Below are positions 14,321-27,174 of a stretch of DNA of 64,000 nt, piece after piece. The notes below the pieces were generated by a model that saw nothing but the letters and a program-made list of their open reading frames with translations, searched no databases and was not told where the DNA came from. Source of the DNA: Paraspadella gotoi (Eukaryota; Animalia; Chaetognatha); contig CM119267.1 in assembly GCA_051294375.1 (NCBI GenBank), positions 2,801,631 to 2,865,630 on the forward strand, given 5' to 3'. Position numbers and translations under genes: made by a program. The first letter of the stretch is position 1; each line of letters opens with the position of its first letter.

Positions 14321-17300
14321 TAAATGTTATAGATTAGGTTAAGCATTTGATAAAGGATATAATTAAACATTAAGATTAAAATTTAAATTATTGTATTTAG
14401 AGTTATCGTAGTATATATATGAAAAGCATCAGAAACCTTAGACTTAGAGAATGTTTTGTTACCCTGACATTTATAATATTTTCAAAATTATCATGAACGA
14501 TTCATGAAACGTTTAACTTTGACGAAAAAATAAAGTTTTTGTCTTATTTCTATAAAAATATAAGAAATAATCTCGTATTAGTTTCTTCACGTTAACGTCT
14601 TAATTCTTCTGTTTTTTTTTTTTTTTTTTTATTTTTGTTGCTGATGTATGCTACTGTATCATTATTGATATGAAATAAAATTCTCATAATGTTGAAGTAT
14701 AGACATCGTTTTATGAGGTTAACACATATTATTTAGTTAAAATATTTTAGTTAATATTGCTTAACCATAATTTATTTACTTAAAATAAAAAGAGGAAAAT
14801 GAGGAAATTTAGGAAGTAGAAACCGAAATTGGGCTGATTTCGGAAATTAGTGCCCAAAGGTTCTCCAAGAGAAATTTTCTTAGCGAGAAGACGGACTCCG
14901 GACCGGTTTCCGACTCTGTGACGTTTCAATCTACGAGTTGACGATCGAAAGTGACATCCATCGGACGCAAGAGCTGATTCGAGGCGCCGGGATTCCAGGA
15001 AGAGGAGCGAAGGAATAGGAGCGAGAGAAAGTGGTAGATGAGGAGCGAGAAAAGAGGAACGGAAATGAGGCGGGCAGGACTGCCAGGAGTCCGGGTGACT
15101 GCCAATTGTAGTTATTATTACGTTATTATCATTATTACGTGCGTATTGGCATAACTTTTTGATCTTTTCTTAATATATGATGAGTTTTAAGTGATCGACC
15201 GACCGAAATTGAGTTTTACGCGATGCGCGCCGCATTGAAAAGCGAAAAACTCGTGAGACAAATGATCATCCGAATCTTCGACCTCGAAAGCTTTTTTTCG
15301 ATTCGGTTAACGCGAATAGAGGGCGCCTTTCGCGAGGCCGATGAGGGGTGAGGGGGAGCTGGTGAAGGGGGGAAGTGGGTAGGGAGCGAGGTGAGAGAAC
15401 CAACGAAACTAAAAGTATTAGAAATTGTGTGAGATTATAACTTAAGTAAAATAACTAAAAATAAGAATCATATTAAAAAAAGAAAGTGAAATCGCTAAAC
15501 TAAAGTCAATATAGTATTGTGAGCTCTAAAGTAATTATTTTAGCCACTAATGTTAAAACAGAAAAGCACAAACGAATCTATTAATAGAATATTCTCTCTC
15601 TCTCTCTCTCCGTTCTTTCTCTCTCTCTTCTCTCTCCTCTCTCATCGGTCTCTCTCTCTCTATCTCCCTTCTCCCCTCTCCCCTTACTCACTCTCCCCCA
15701 CCCCCCCCGCCCCAACATGCCCGCCCGTCTCAATGTTGGTTCGGGCTCCCGTGTCGATTAATATTCTTAACAAAACAAAACTTTTTCGAACGAAATTTCG
15801 AGTATAAATTATGCGTGTCCGTTCGCAGCTGCAAATTATGCGACCTGGCTAAGGATTTCGGCCCGGGCAAGAAAGGAACGAAATCCTATGATGGGTGTGT
15901 TTGCGCGCGTTCCGGAGTGTTTGGATGGCATTTACTGAGTAAAGAAAATCTACCTGNNNNNNNNNNNNNNNNNNNNNNNNNGCGATGGGGGTCAGTCGAT
16001 CGATGGTTCCGCCCCCATTTCCCAAAAAATGACGGGGTTATGATTTTCTGAGCGAGTTCGGCCGTATTTTACAAAAGCTCCCCTTTTCAGCTAATTTTTT
16101 TTAAGATTAAAATTATAGGTATAAAGAGATATAAAATTAGATTAGGTTAGGTTTATTGGTAAGAGTATTATGTATGTATTAGGGTTCGGGATAAATGTTA
16201 TAGTTAGGTTAAGCATTGATAAAGGATTAATTAAACATTAAGATTAAATATTTAAATTATTGTATTAGAGTTATCGAGTATATATATGAAAGCATCAGAA
16301 ACCTTAGACTTAGAGAATGTTTTGGTTACCCTGACATTTATAATATTTTCAAAATTATCATGAACGATTCATGAAAACGTTTAACTTTGACGAAAAAATA
16401 AAGTTTTGTCTTATTTCTATAAAATATAGAAATAATCTCGTAATATCTTTCACGTTAACGTCTTAATTCTGTTTTTTTTTTTTTTTTATTTGTTGGCTGA
16501 TGTATGCTACTTGATCATTATTGATATGAAATAAAATTCTCATAATGTTGAAGTATAGACATCGTTTTATGAGGTTAACACATAGTATTTAGTTAAAATA
16601 TTTTAGGTTAATATTGCTTAACCATAATTTATTTACTTAAAATAAAAGAGCGAAAATGAGAGAAATTTAGGAAGTAGAAACCGAAATTGGGCTGATTTCG
16701 GAAATTAGTGCCCAAGGTTCTCCAGAGAGATTTTCTTAGCGAGAAGACGGACTCCGACGCGGTTTCGACTCTGTGACGTTTCAATCTACGAGTTAGATCG
16801 ATCGAAAGTGACATCCATCGGACGCAAGAGCGATTCGAGGCGCCGGGAATTCCAGGAAGAGGACGAAGGAATAGGAGCGAGAGAAAGTGGTATGAGAGAG
16901 GGAGCGAGAAAGAGGAACGAAATGAGGCGGGCAGGACTGCCAGGAGTCCGGGTGACTGCCATTGTATGTATTATTACGTTATTATCATTATTACGTGCAA
17001 TATTGGCATAACTTTTTGATCTTTTCTTAATATATGATGAGTTTTAAGTGATCGACCGACCGAAATTGAGTTTTACGCGATGCGCGCGCATTGAAAAGCG
17101 AAAAACTCGTGAGACAAATGATCATCCGAATCTTCGACCTCGAAAGCTTTTTTTCGATTCGGTTAACGCGAATAGAGGGCGCCTTTCGCGAGGCCGATGA
17201 GGGGTGAGGGGGGCTGGGAAAGGGAGGGGAAGTGGGTAGGGAGCGAGGTGAGAGAACCAACGAAACTAAAAGCGATTTAGAAATTGTGTGAGATTATAAC

Positions 17301-17664
17301 TTAAGTAAAATAACTAAAATAAGATCATTTAAAAAAATGAAAGTGAAAGTCGCTAAACTAAGTCAATATATTATTGTAGCTCTAAAGTAATTATTTTAGC
17401 CACTAATGTTAAAACAGAAAAGCCACAAACGAATCAATTAATAGAATATTCTCTCTCTCTCTCTCTCCTTCTTCTCTCTCTCTCTTCTCTCTCTCTCTCT
17501 CGTCTCTCTCTCTCTCTTCTCTCCTCTCCCCTCTCCCCTTGCTCACTCTCCCCCACCCCCCCCCCCCCAACTGCCCGCCCGTCTCAATGTTGGTTCGGGC
17601 TCCCGTGTCGATTAATATTCTTAACAAAACAAAACTTTTTCGAACGAATTTCGAGTATAAATTA
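14321..17664 (+). repeat. Tandem duplication of about 1.5 kb (14321-15811 vs 16191-17664) around a 25-N gap; probable assembly artefact
   Basis: Near-identical copies differing mostly by 1-nt indels; gap at 15957-15981. Confidence 0.85.
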
Positions 17665-19744
17665 TCTCTCTCCTCGCCACAACATTTTTTTGGGGGTCAG
17701 AAGCTCTTAGATAAAGGGGCGTTGTTTCTTGAGATAATATGCCTTTTCATGAACCTCTTTCTCTCTCTCTCTAGATCTCTCCCTCTCTATTTCGCTCTCT
17801 ATCTCACACTCTCTCTTTCTTCGTACTTAGAAAGGGGTCCTTTTATCTCAATTAAACAGTTACAAAACTTATTATATCAATTTATTGATAGGAAGGGAAG
17901 TGTAACGCTGAAAGTTGATACCCCGTGTCCGATCGCGAATGACACAAAAACACTCCCGATCATTTCTTACTAGTTTTTTTTTAAATAAAAGTTATTTCAT
18001 AATTATTTTATATCCTAAAAAAATACATCTAAAATATGATTTAGCTTATCTTATGATTTAAAACTTTTAACTGGAATATGCTCTGCCTTTGTCTGCTCCG
18101 AAAGGCTTTTTCCATAATTTTAATATAGTAAATAAGTTAAAAATGAATTAAGTTGATATAAAAAACAGTTCTCGAATTTGTATGAATGATGACTGTGGAG
18201 AATTACCGTAGAATTAGATTGTAAACATTGCTTTTTGTGAAATGTAGATTTACATGTGGTATATGTGGGTGACTTTTACATAATTTCCTTCTTCCTTCTA
18301 TTACTCTTCTTTCTTTACCATCTTATCTTCCCTTGAGTGGCTTATGCTTTTTTATCTCTTCTCTTATCTCTTGACATCCCACAGTTTAGTGTTGACCAGA
18401 TTTTCAAGTTCAGATGGCAGCCGGGTGGAGTTTAAAAACATCCTCGGTACGCATTCGCCGGCCCGCGACAGTAGGAGAGAGAGAGAGAGATAGAGAGAGA
18501 GGAGGAAGAAGAGGAGAGAAGAAGAGAGAGAGGAGGAGAGAGAGGAAAATGGCAAGATATTTCTTCACGAAAAAGAAAAGAATTTTGTGAAATATTTTCG
18601 AACTTGAAGTGAGTAATGGAAGCGCCCCGCGGAAGAATGAGATTTCAACAAACAAAAGAGCATGGCAGTTGTTTTTTTTTTTTTCTTTTTCATTTTTTAA
18701 TTTTCTTTTTCGCTTTCGAACCTTGAATAAGGAAGAAGAGGGGCGCAATCTAGCGGCGGCCGAGTGAAGCGTGGGTGAAGGACTCGGGGGACGTGGGGAA
18801 ACGAGGTTTATGAGTTGAAGTAGAAAATATCGTGAGAGAGAGAGAGAGAAAAAGGAATAAAAAAACTTTAGAGGAAGTTTGGTAGAATTTCACTGCCTTT
18901 GCTATTGACGTGAAGGTGTTTCGAAAAAGGCATTCTCTTATACGTTATTGATTACAAGCATCTTGGGGTTTGAACGGGCAGCGGCCGAGTTATGAACGCC
19001 AGTAGCTTGCCAGTTTACGAAGGGGCCCTTCAATCGTTAAAAAGTAATATTCGGGTCGGGGAAGGTGGGAAACATTCGGAGTTCTAATTGCGAAGTGAGG
19101 AAGGGGGGCCGAGAAGGGCGGGGCGGCAGGTAAAAAGTTAAAGCGCCGCATTTAGAGAATCTCAGGGATTGAGAGGGAGAAGGATCAGAGAAGTTAAAGG
19201 CATACTTGCGAAGCATCCAAGCTAAGATGATTTAGGACGGCTGAAGTGTTGTAATTTTGGGCTTAGGATTGGTAAGAAAATGTATTTAATTGAAAGCGCG
19301 TTGTGAAGAACGAATGGCAAAACCTGATGAAAGTTGGCAGTGTTTGAAGGGTAAGGAGATATATCGAGTAAACTTGCGTAGATAGTTTGGAGTTGTTTGT
19401 GACCGTGGACAAATTGGAGAGGCAGAAGAGAGAAGCTATTTTCCTTATTTTTAGAAAAAATATATTGTCTAATGTGGTATTGAGTCTATGATCGCTTATT
19501 ATCAATTAGTTTTATGAGTTTGTAAACAATTTTTAAATCAAATGTTGTGCGTCTGTAATGTCTTTGATGCTCGAAGTGACGAAAAAGTATTTTCCTTTTT
19601 ACGAGAGTGGTAAACAAGTTAGAAAAAAAACCATTATGGATGGAGTTACAGTATGAAGTGTAGTGTACGTAATAGGCTGTGATTGAAAGCTACCCTAGTG
19701 GAATTAGCTAACAACGCCAATAATAAAAGATTAGACATTCTTTC

Positions 19745-19890
19745 CCCTGATAGACTGGTTTAAAGAACTCCGTCCCTCCTTACCAGATAGATAGTAACAT
19801 AGCAGGACGCCGTAAGCTTTGCAATCAAAGACTCTCTTCAATTGAATAACTCCCTGAGGAGTCCCTGGCTATTCTCTTATCCATGAAGCG
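19745..19890 (+). repeat. Family A diverged partial copy
   Basis: AACATAGCAGGACGCCGTAAGCTTTGCAATCAAAGACTCTC matches the family A core. Confidence 0.55.
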
Positions 19891-20350
19891 GTATAACGTT
19901 ATTATAAACTGTTTAAATTGTATAGAATCGTATCATTGTTCGCACTTACAACGCTGGAATGCAATCACATGCGCTCAACGACTCCGTCTCTCGATCGAAC
20001 GATAAAGGCTTCCGCTTTCGATCGCAACAAAAGGAAAAAGAAAAAAAAAAGAAAATACGAACCCGTATTGATTCAAGAAGGTTGTTGTCGTTGTCGTCGT
20101 TGTTATTGTATTCTTTCTTCGTCTCTTTCTCGTAATAAAAACAAAGTATTTGTTTTCTTCGTAGTCGTCGTCGTCGTCGTCGCGTTTAAAGTTTTGTGTG
20201 TGAGTAATTCCGAGTTATGGCGTTGATCACTTCGTAGAATTAACAAAATTAATCTTGAATTTAAAGACAATACAAGATGCATACAAAACTTACAAGTGAT
20301 TCCGCCGTAAAAAAATATTTTTTTTATAGTTTTAATGGTTTTAAACTAAT

Positions 20351-20437
20351 GAAATTGTTAGAGAGGAAACATGTCCGCCTTGTCCGTCTAAGAAAATTGT
20401 TAGAGTGAAAACATGTCCGCCTTGTCCGTCTAAGAAA
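20351..20437 (+). repeat. Tandem repeat, about 42 bp x2
   Basis: GAAATTGTTAGAG.GAAACATGTCCGCCTTGTCCGTCTAA occurs twice. Confidence 0.85.
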
Positions 20438-20853
20438 AATAAATCTGCATTTAGCATCTTCGTTCATGGAAATAGGATAATGATCTCGAGATGAAAGCCT
20501 CACTTGATCGAATAACGAAGACCTCACCTGTCCTCACCCTGTACTCGAGCTAAGTTCACGAATTCCCGATCGATCGAAAGGCGCGAAAGGGCGAGTCAAC
20601 CTCGTTATCGATCCGATGTGACCACAAAAATATTAAAAGCTCCTTAATGGGTTCGGGTAGAATTTTTGAAGCCCGGAATAATAAATGGTGAACAGATTTG
20701 AAATCAACGATTCCTCGACGCCACGCGAAATGAGGGCGACGACGGCGGCGACGACGGCGACGACGACGACGCCGTCCAAAATGGTCACAATGATGGAGAC
20801 GAACCCCGGATATTCGAGGTCGCGCCAATCTTCGAGAAAAAGGTTAGAGGACA

Positions 20854-20890
<37 letters not shown>

Positions 20891-22637
20891 TTTTGAACTC
20901 AAAAACTTCTTTTGATAAGAATCACCTGAAAGCCGCCGCCTTAGACGTCGTCCAACAAAGGATCTTCTTGACCTCATATCTCNNNNNNNNNNNNNNNNNN
21001 NNNNNNNNNNNNNNNNNNNNNNNNNNNNNNNNNNNNNNNNNNNNNNNNNNNNNNNNNNNNNNNNNNNNNNNNNNNNNNNNNNNNNNNNNNNNNNNNNNNN
21101 NNNNNNNNNNNNNNNNNNNNNNNNNNNNNNNNNNNNNNNNNNNNNNNNNNNNNNNNNNNNNNNNNNNNNNNNNNNNNNNNNNNNNNNNNNNNNNNNNNNN
21201 NNNNNNNNNNNNNNNNNNNNNNNNNNNNNNNNNNNNNNNNNNNNNNNNNNNNNNNNNNNNNNNNNNNNNNNNNNNNNNNNNNNNNNNNNNNNNNNNNNNN
21301 NNNNNNNNNNNNNNNNNNNNNNNNNNNNNNNNNNNNNNNNNNNNNNNNNNNNNNNNNNNNNNNNNNNNNNNNNNNNNNNNNNNNNNNNNNNNNNNNNNNN
21401 NNNNNNNNNNNNNNNNNNNNNNNNNNNNNNNNNNNNNNNNNNNNNNNNNNNNNNNNNNNNNNNNNNNNNNNNNNNNNNNNNNNNNNNNNNNNNNNNNNNN
21501 NNNNNNNNNNNNNNNNNNNNNNNNNNNNNNNNNNNNNNNNNNNNNNNNNNNNNNNNNNNNNNNNNNNNNNNNNNNNNNNNNNNNNNNNNNNNNNNNNNNN
21601 NNNNNNNNNNNNNNNNNNNNNNNNNNNNNNNNNNNNNNNNNNNNNNNNNNNNNNNNNNNNNNNNNNNNNNNNNNNNNNNNNNNNNNNNNNNNNNNNNNNN
21701 NNNNNNNNNNNNNNNNNNNNNNNNNNNNNNNNNNNNNNNNNNNNNNNNNNNNNNNNNNNNNNNNNNNNNNNNNNNNNNNNNNNNNNNNNNNNNNNNNNNN
21801 NNNNNNNNNNNNNNNNNNNNNNNNNNNNNNNNNNNNNNNNNNNNNNNNNNNNNNNNNNNNNNNNNNNNNNNNNNNNNNNNNNNNNNNNNNNNNNNNNNNN
21901 NNNNNNNNNNNNNNNNNNNNNNNNNNNNNNNNNNNNNNNTGAGTATCAATATTAAATTTTATTTTTATTTTTCAAGACGTGACGCTTCGCATGTCTTTGT
22001 TCTTTGCAAAATATATTTTATAATTTTAAAAGATATTAATACCGCATACACGAATATTTGTGGTCGCGATTTGCGATTGTAAATTCTGATAAATTCTCGT
22101 TTGATAAAAGTGAGGTTTTACTGGACTTTCTTTAGCTTTACAGATTATTTTGTTATTTTGTTTAATCTTGCGCAGAATCGAACTAGGATTTTGGAAATTT
22201 TCAAAAGGCTTTTCTCAACTCGGGCAACTAGAACAGATGGACTTCCGCGATTATTGAAATGAACACAAAAAAAAGGAAAAGAAAAGAAAAACATTGGATC
22301 GTTTATATCGTAATGAGGATTAAGCAAACTGGATTGAATCTGTGTCACAAACGAATAGAGAAAAAAAATAAAGCGCGGGATACGACGCCTCACGCGAAGA
22401 AAGAAAGAAAGNNNNNNNNNNNNNNNNNNNNNNNNNNNNNNNNNNNNNNNNNNNNNNNNNNNNNNNNNNNNNNNNNNNNNNNNNNNNNNNNNNNNNNNNN
22501 NNNNNNNNNNNNNNNNNNNNNNNNNNNNNNNNNNNNNNNNNNNNNNNNNNNNNNNNNNNNNNNNNNNNNNNNNNNNNNNNNNNNNNNNNNNNNNNNNNNN
22601 NNNNNNNNNNNNNNNNNNNNNNNNNNNNNNNNNNNNN

Positions 22638-22674
<37 letters not shown>

Positions 22675-22992
22675 ACAAAAAATCCGTCGCTATTGTTGCC
22701 TCAACTTGTCGGTTTTGGCGACTTTTCAAAAGAAAATATGGATTCGCTCTTTTTGTACATTTTGCATCAGATAGATTTAAAGAGAGCAGACGATTACAAG
22801 AGCGGAGAAATGAAAATATTAATTATGTAAACCCTCGTTTTCTTTTCTTGTCTTTTTATCTCTCCTAGTTATGATTAATTATTTTCTGACAGCTATTTTA
22901 TAATTAGCTTGAAAAAGGGTTACTCCTTGAACTTTGCGCTCCTCAGACATAGTTATTAATATAAAAAATGTTAAAATTTTAAAAGAAAAAGG

Positions 22993-22993
22993 A

Positions 22994-23085
<92 letters not shown>

Positions 23086-23087
23086 AA
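22993..23087 (+). repeat. (AAAG)n microsatellite
   Basis: Direct reading; a similar tract lies at about 29165-29245. Confidence 0.9.
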
Positions 23088-23337
23088 ACAAACAAAGGAA
23101 AATGAATGAAATAATAAATGAATAATTTTAAAGAATCAATCAATAAAGAAATTATTGAATGAACGATTTTATAAATCTCATACAGAAAATGAAAAAGGCA
23201 AAAAGGTCCAAACGAAACTCATTCCGATTTTTTTTTTCCGAATGGAAAAATCGTCCGTTTCGACGTGTCGATTCGTCGTCGTTCGTCTCGCCGTCGTTTT
23301 CGTCGTCGTTCCCCGCTACGAACACCGTCCCTCTTCC

Positions 23338-23421
23338 GATTGGTCAACGAGATCGGGAAGAGGAAGAGGCTGGCGGACTTCGAGTCGCTGATTGGTCGAC
23401 GAGACGGGGAAGAGGAAGAGG
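23338..23421 (+). promoter_or_regulatory. Putative Tbx2/3 proximal promoter: duplicated inverted-CCAAT module
   Basis: GATTGGTCAACGAGATCGGGAAGAGGAAGAGG (23338-23369) and GATTGGTCGACGAGACGGGGAAGAGGAAGAGG (23390-23421) lie in a CpG-rich stretch about 500-590 nt upstream of the ATG. Confidence 0.45.
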
Positions 23422-23925
23422 AGCGACGATCGTGGCCTCCCAGATTGTCCGCCGTATATTTCGTATCCCACACGAAGAGAGAGAGCGAGCGATGAGAATC
23501 GACGGAGATTTTGTTTAAAAAAATACTATCAGATCTCTCTTTCTCTCTCCAGCTCACTTTTACTCTCTTGCTCTGTCTCTATCTCGCTGCCGAAAGGGAA
23601 CGCGACAATAGCGTCGCTCTTCCTATCCACGAATGCGCCTCCCACTCGCGCTAAAGACGCGTCGTATCTGAAAAGAAAAAAATCTTAAAAAAGGTGAAAG
23701 CTTCTTCTCTCTTCATTCGTTCTCTCACTTCCTACTTCGTTCTCTCTATCTTCATCCTGACAGCGAAAAACAAACTTAATCTTAAGCGGCTACGAACAAA
23801 AAAAAAAACTCTACTTATTTTCATCTTTTCCTCAACATCCAATTCGTTGATTCGTTGATCCGTTTGCTGCTTCGAACGCGTCTTCAATATACCCTTCCAT
23901 CGGCGTCGAAGCCCCCGTCTCTTCA

Positions 23926-24740
23926 ATGCCCGGCCTCTTCGATTCGCCCGTCGAGTCGCGGACGTCCTCCCTCCAGCATTTCGTCCACTCGGGCAGCCCG
24001 TCCCTCCGCCGCCCTTCGCCAACGACGAGTTTCGACGACGCCGCCGCCACTGACGCCGCCTCTTCAGACTCGGCGTCTCCCCCGCTCGATCTTTGTGGTC
24101 GCCCGTCATCTTCGTCACCCGTCTCCGTGATGACGTCAAGTTTCGGCGCCTCCTACGGCACCACGCCTTTGTTGTCGCCGGCATCTTCTTCGCATCACAC
24201 CGGCGGACCCTCGCCACCTGCACCTGTCATGGTTCGCGCCCCCAACGTGGCGCCACCTGGTTGCACCGACTTTTCGATGAAAAACATTCTCACCTCAGCG
24301 GCGGCAGCCGTCGTCGCCGGTAGCCCGCCGCTGCCGCCCTCGTACTTTCCTACTCTTCACGCGTTGCACGCCGCGCACGCCGCCGCCGCCGCGCACGCCG
24401 CCGCGTCGGGAGGCGTCCCCGGTGGACCCAACGCAGCCCTGGTCTCTCCCCACGGTCATCCCCACCATCCCCATCTGAAAGGCCTCGCCAACCACCCCGC
24501 CCTGGGGCCTTTCGGGTCTCACGCCGGGTCGCTGGGTGACCTCATCGCCGCCCAGCAGCAAGCGGCGCTCTGCGCTGCCGCGGCGGCCGCCGCTTCCCGG
24601 ATCCCTCGCCCTCTGGCGCCGCCCGAACCTATGACCCCCGACGACGTTCACGATGACCCAAAGGTGGAACTCGACTCGAAGGATTTGTGGGAGCGGTTCC
24701 ACAATCTTGGGACCGAGATGGTCATCACCAAATCTGGAAG
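23926..24740 (+). CDS. tbx2: Tbx2/3 (omb/bifid-like) T-box transcription factor, coding exon 1
   Basis: ORF MPGLFDS... contains the family N-terminal motifs TDFSMKNIL (eh1-like) and PSYFPTL, Ala/His tracts, and the T-box start [29 protein letters not shown]. It ends at the donor AG|GTAAGT (24741), phase 2. The start could instead be the ATG at 24229. Confidence 0.93.
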
Positions 24741-25252
24741 GTAAGTCACGTGACAGTGAAAGAAAGTATCTTTAGTAATTGATGAAGAAAACGCGAAAAA
24801 GATGGAGCGACAATTTTCTTATTTTATCATTAAAAAATTGTTCATTTATTTTCATCTTCGACCCCAAAAGCAACTTGTCACTCACTTAACGCGATATTAA
24901 CCGCCAGGTGCAAAGTTTGGGAGAAATTAACTAATTAAATTAAAAGTTAAAATACGGTTTTAAACAAAATCGATGCTCCCTTGTTTTATGAGTTTTTTTT
25001 TTCCTCTCTCCGTCACAGTTCGACGCGCGAATTCATCTTTTTTTCCGTTAATTTAATTAAAATAGATATTTTTTTTGGACGAGGGGGGGGGAGAGAGTTA
25101 TTTATGGCGGGTTATACTTTTGGTGGCGTTCAATGATTCTAACGCGCCTCGCTAAATTACTTGGCAAAGTTACTCACCGACGCTAAGGCGCCATTTTCTT
25201 TCGCCGCGGTCGAAGAACCCCCCAAAAAATTTATAACTGAGTCATTGCTTAT

Positions 25253-25291
<39 letters not shown>

Positions 25292-26264
25292 AATTTTAAT
25301 TCTCATTTCCAATTTCAGAATCAGAAATAAAAAAATGTGAGTCAGACAAATCCAATCAGTCGCTCTCTACAGTTTTTCGCTGTTTCTTCAGCGTCTTTTT
25401 TTTTTTTGTCTTGTTTCTTAATTTAGTCTTCAGTTCCATTATTTTCTCAGATTATTTTCTGAATCCAAAAATTCAATTCAGATTAATTTTATTTTTCTTT
25501 TTCACATACGATCTTTCTTTTTTCTTTCTTTTATTCTTTTTTTTCTTTAAATCTTTCCTCTCTTTTTTCTCCTCTTACACCTTTAACCCAACTTTCCTAC
25601 TTTCAACACTTTGTAATCCTTTTTTCCAATTTCCACCAAGAATCGAACGAATGTTAATTTTCTCGGTGCAGATTTTTTCATTTCAGTCGAGATTTGTCAT
25701 CTTTCAACGCAAATAGCGACGATGAGCGAAGAGGCGTTTAGAACCGATATCATTGCATGGAATCTTGATGGATATCTCTTATTCAATCTTCATTGATAAT
25801 ATTGCCATTTAATCGATTAGAGAGAGACGNNNNNNNNNNNNNNNNNNNNNNNNNNNNNNNNNNNNNNNNNNNNNNNNNNNNNNNNNNNNNNNNNNNNNNN
25901 NNNNNNNNNNNNNNNNNNNNNNNNNNNNNNNNNNNNNNNNNNNNNNNNNNNNNNNNNNNNNNNNNNNNNNNNNNNNNNNNNNNNNNNNNNNNNNNNNTGA
26001 GGAGGACGAGTAAGTTCTCGTTTGACGCCCGACTTCCACGCCTCGGACGCCGCTTAAGAGATGTGTCCACTTTTATTCGCGGCCTCTTTACCACTTTTTT
26101 CTCTTCCCTCGGTGGTGGTGGTTGTAATTGTCGCTTGAAGACGGCGGCGGCTGCGGCGTCTCCCGCGGCGCGGTCAAACTCACACAGCGTGACGCCGTCG
26201 CTGACGCCGCTACTTTGGGTTTCAGGACACCGACGTCGTCTTTAGCCCCGAATGGTCGAGTCAC

Positions 26265-26315
26265 CGCGGGGGTCGGCAAATCGCGGGGGTCGGCAAATCG
26301 CGGGGGTCGGCAAAT
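26265..26315 (+). repeat. Perfect 17-bp tandem repeat x3
   Basis: (CGCGGGGGTCGGCAAAT)3. Confidence 0.9.
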
Positions 26316-27074
26316 CTCAATCACAAATTAGCCGGAGGACGAGAAAATATGAAAAGAGCAGCGAAATGGAAATTATAATTATTACTACAATACTAGATAG
26401 AAATAATATATCTAGTACTCTCGTAAAAAAAAAATTGACCCAAATTTTATATTTGCTTGTTCTCAGCTCGGCGCTAAATCCGCGACTTCCTTTGACGTCG
26501 GTGGCGCCATCTGGACCCGAAAGGGCCACCGTTAGGGGGGGCGATGGAGTCCCACGAGGGCGAGCCGTCGGGGGCCCAGCCGCACGGATCTGGGCCTTAG
26601 GTTTTTGTTTTCTTCTCAAAGGCGCCGGACCCCGATGGAGCGAATGCGGCCCCGATATTTTGTCCTGAAGAGGGCTAACAATTATCAGAAAGCCAGAGAG
26701 AGAGAGAGAGAGAGAGGCAATCTCGATTGTCATTCTCTCGCTCTCGTTCTCTCTCTCTCTCGCTCTCTCTCGCTCTCGCTCTCTCGCTCGTTCGCGGTTT
26801 ATCATCACTCCATTATCAGCCGTGACAAACGGTCGCCCCTGATCGAGCGAAAGAGATGCGCTCTGGCCTCAACTTGAGAGCGACGCCGAGGTCGGCGAGT
26901 CATTAGCGAGTCTGAGAGCCAGCGAGCGAGAGACAGAGAGTGCCTCGGAATGGGATTTGCTGCGACGTGAGTTACTATGTCTTCACTGAACTTTTTTATT
27001 TGAAGGTTTTTTTTCCTTTTCATTTCTTCTTATCAATTTTCTTTTCTCTTTTCTTTTCTTTTTTTTCTTTTTTT

Positions 27075-27174
27075 TTCTTTTCTTTTCTTTTCTTTTCTTT
27101 TCTTTTCTTTTCTTTTCTTTTCTTTTCTTTTCTTTTCTTTTCTTTTCTTTTCTTTTCTTTTCTTTTCTTTTCTT
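27075..27174 (+). repeat. (TTTTC)n microsatellite
   Basis: Direct reading; a similar tract lies at about 12630-12740. Confidence 0.9.

Noticed and set aside
14321-17664. Real tandem enhancer duplication upstream of Tbx2/3
   Set aside because: Indel-dominated differences and a 25-N junction point to a gap-fill artefact.
20685-20915. ORF with poly-Thr and poly-Asp
   Set aside because: It is produced by (GAC)n microsatellites, which are widespread in this window; no domain or splice support.
20983-21939. Long ORFs spanning N gaps
   Set aside because: Artefacts of translating undetermined bases.
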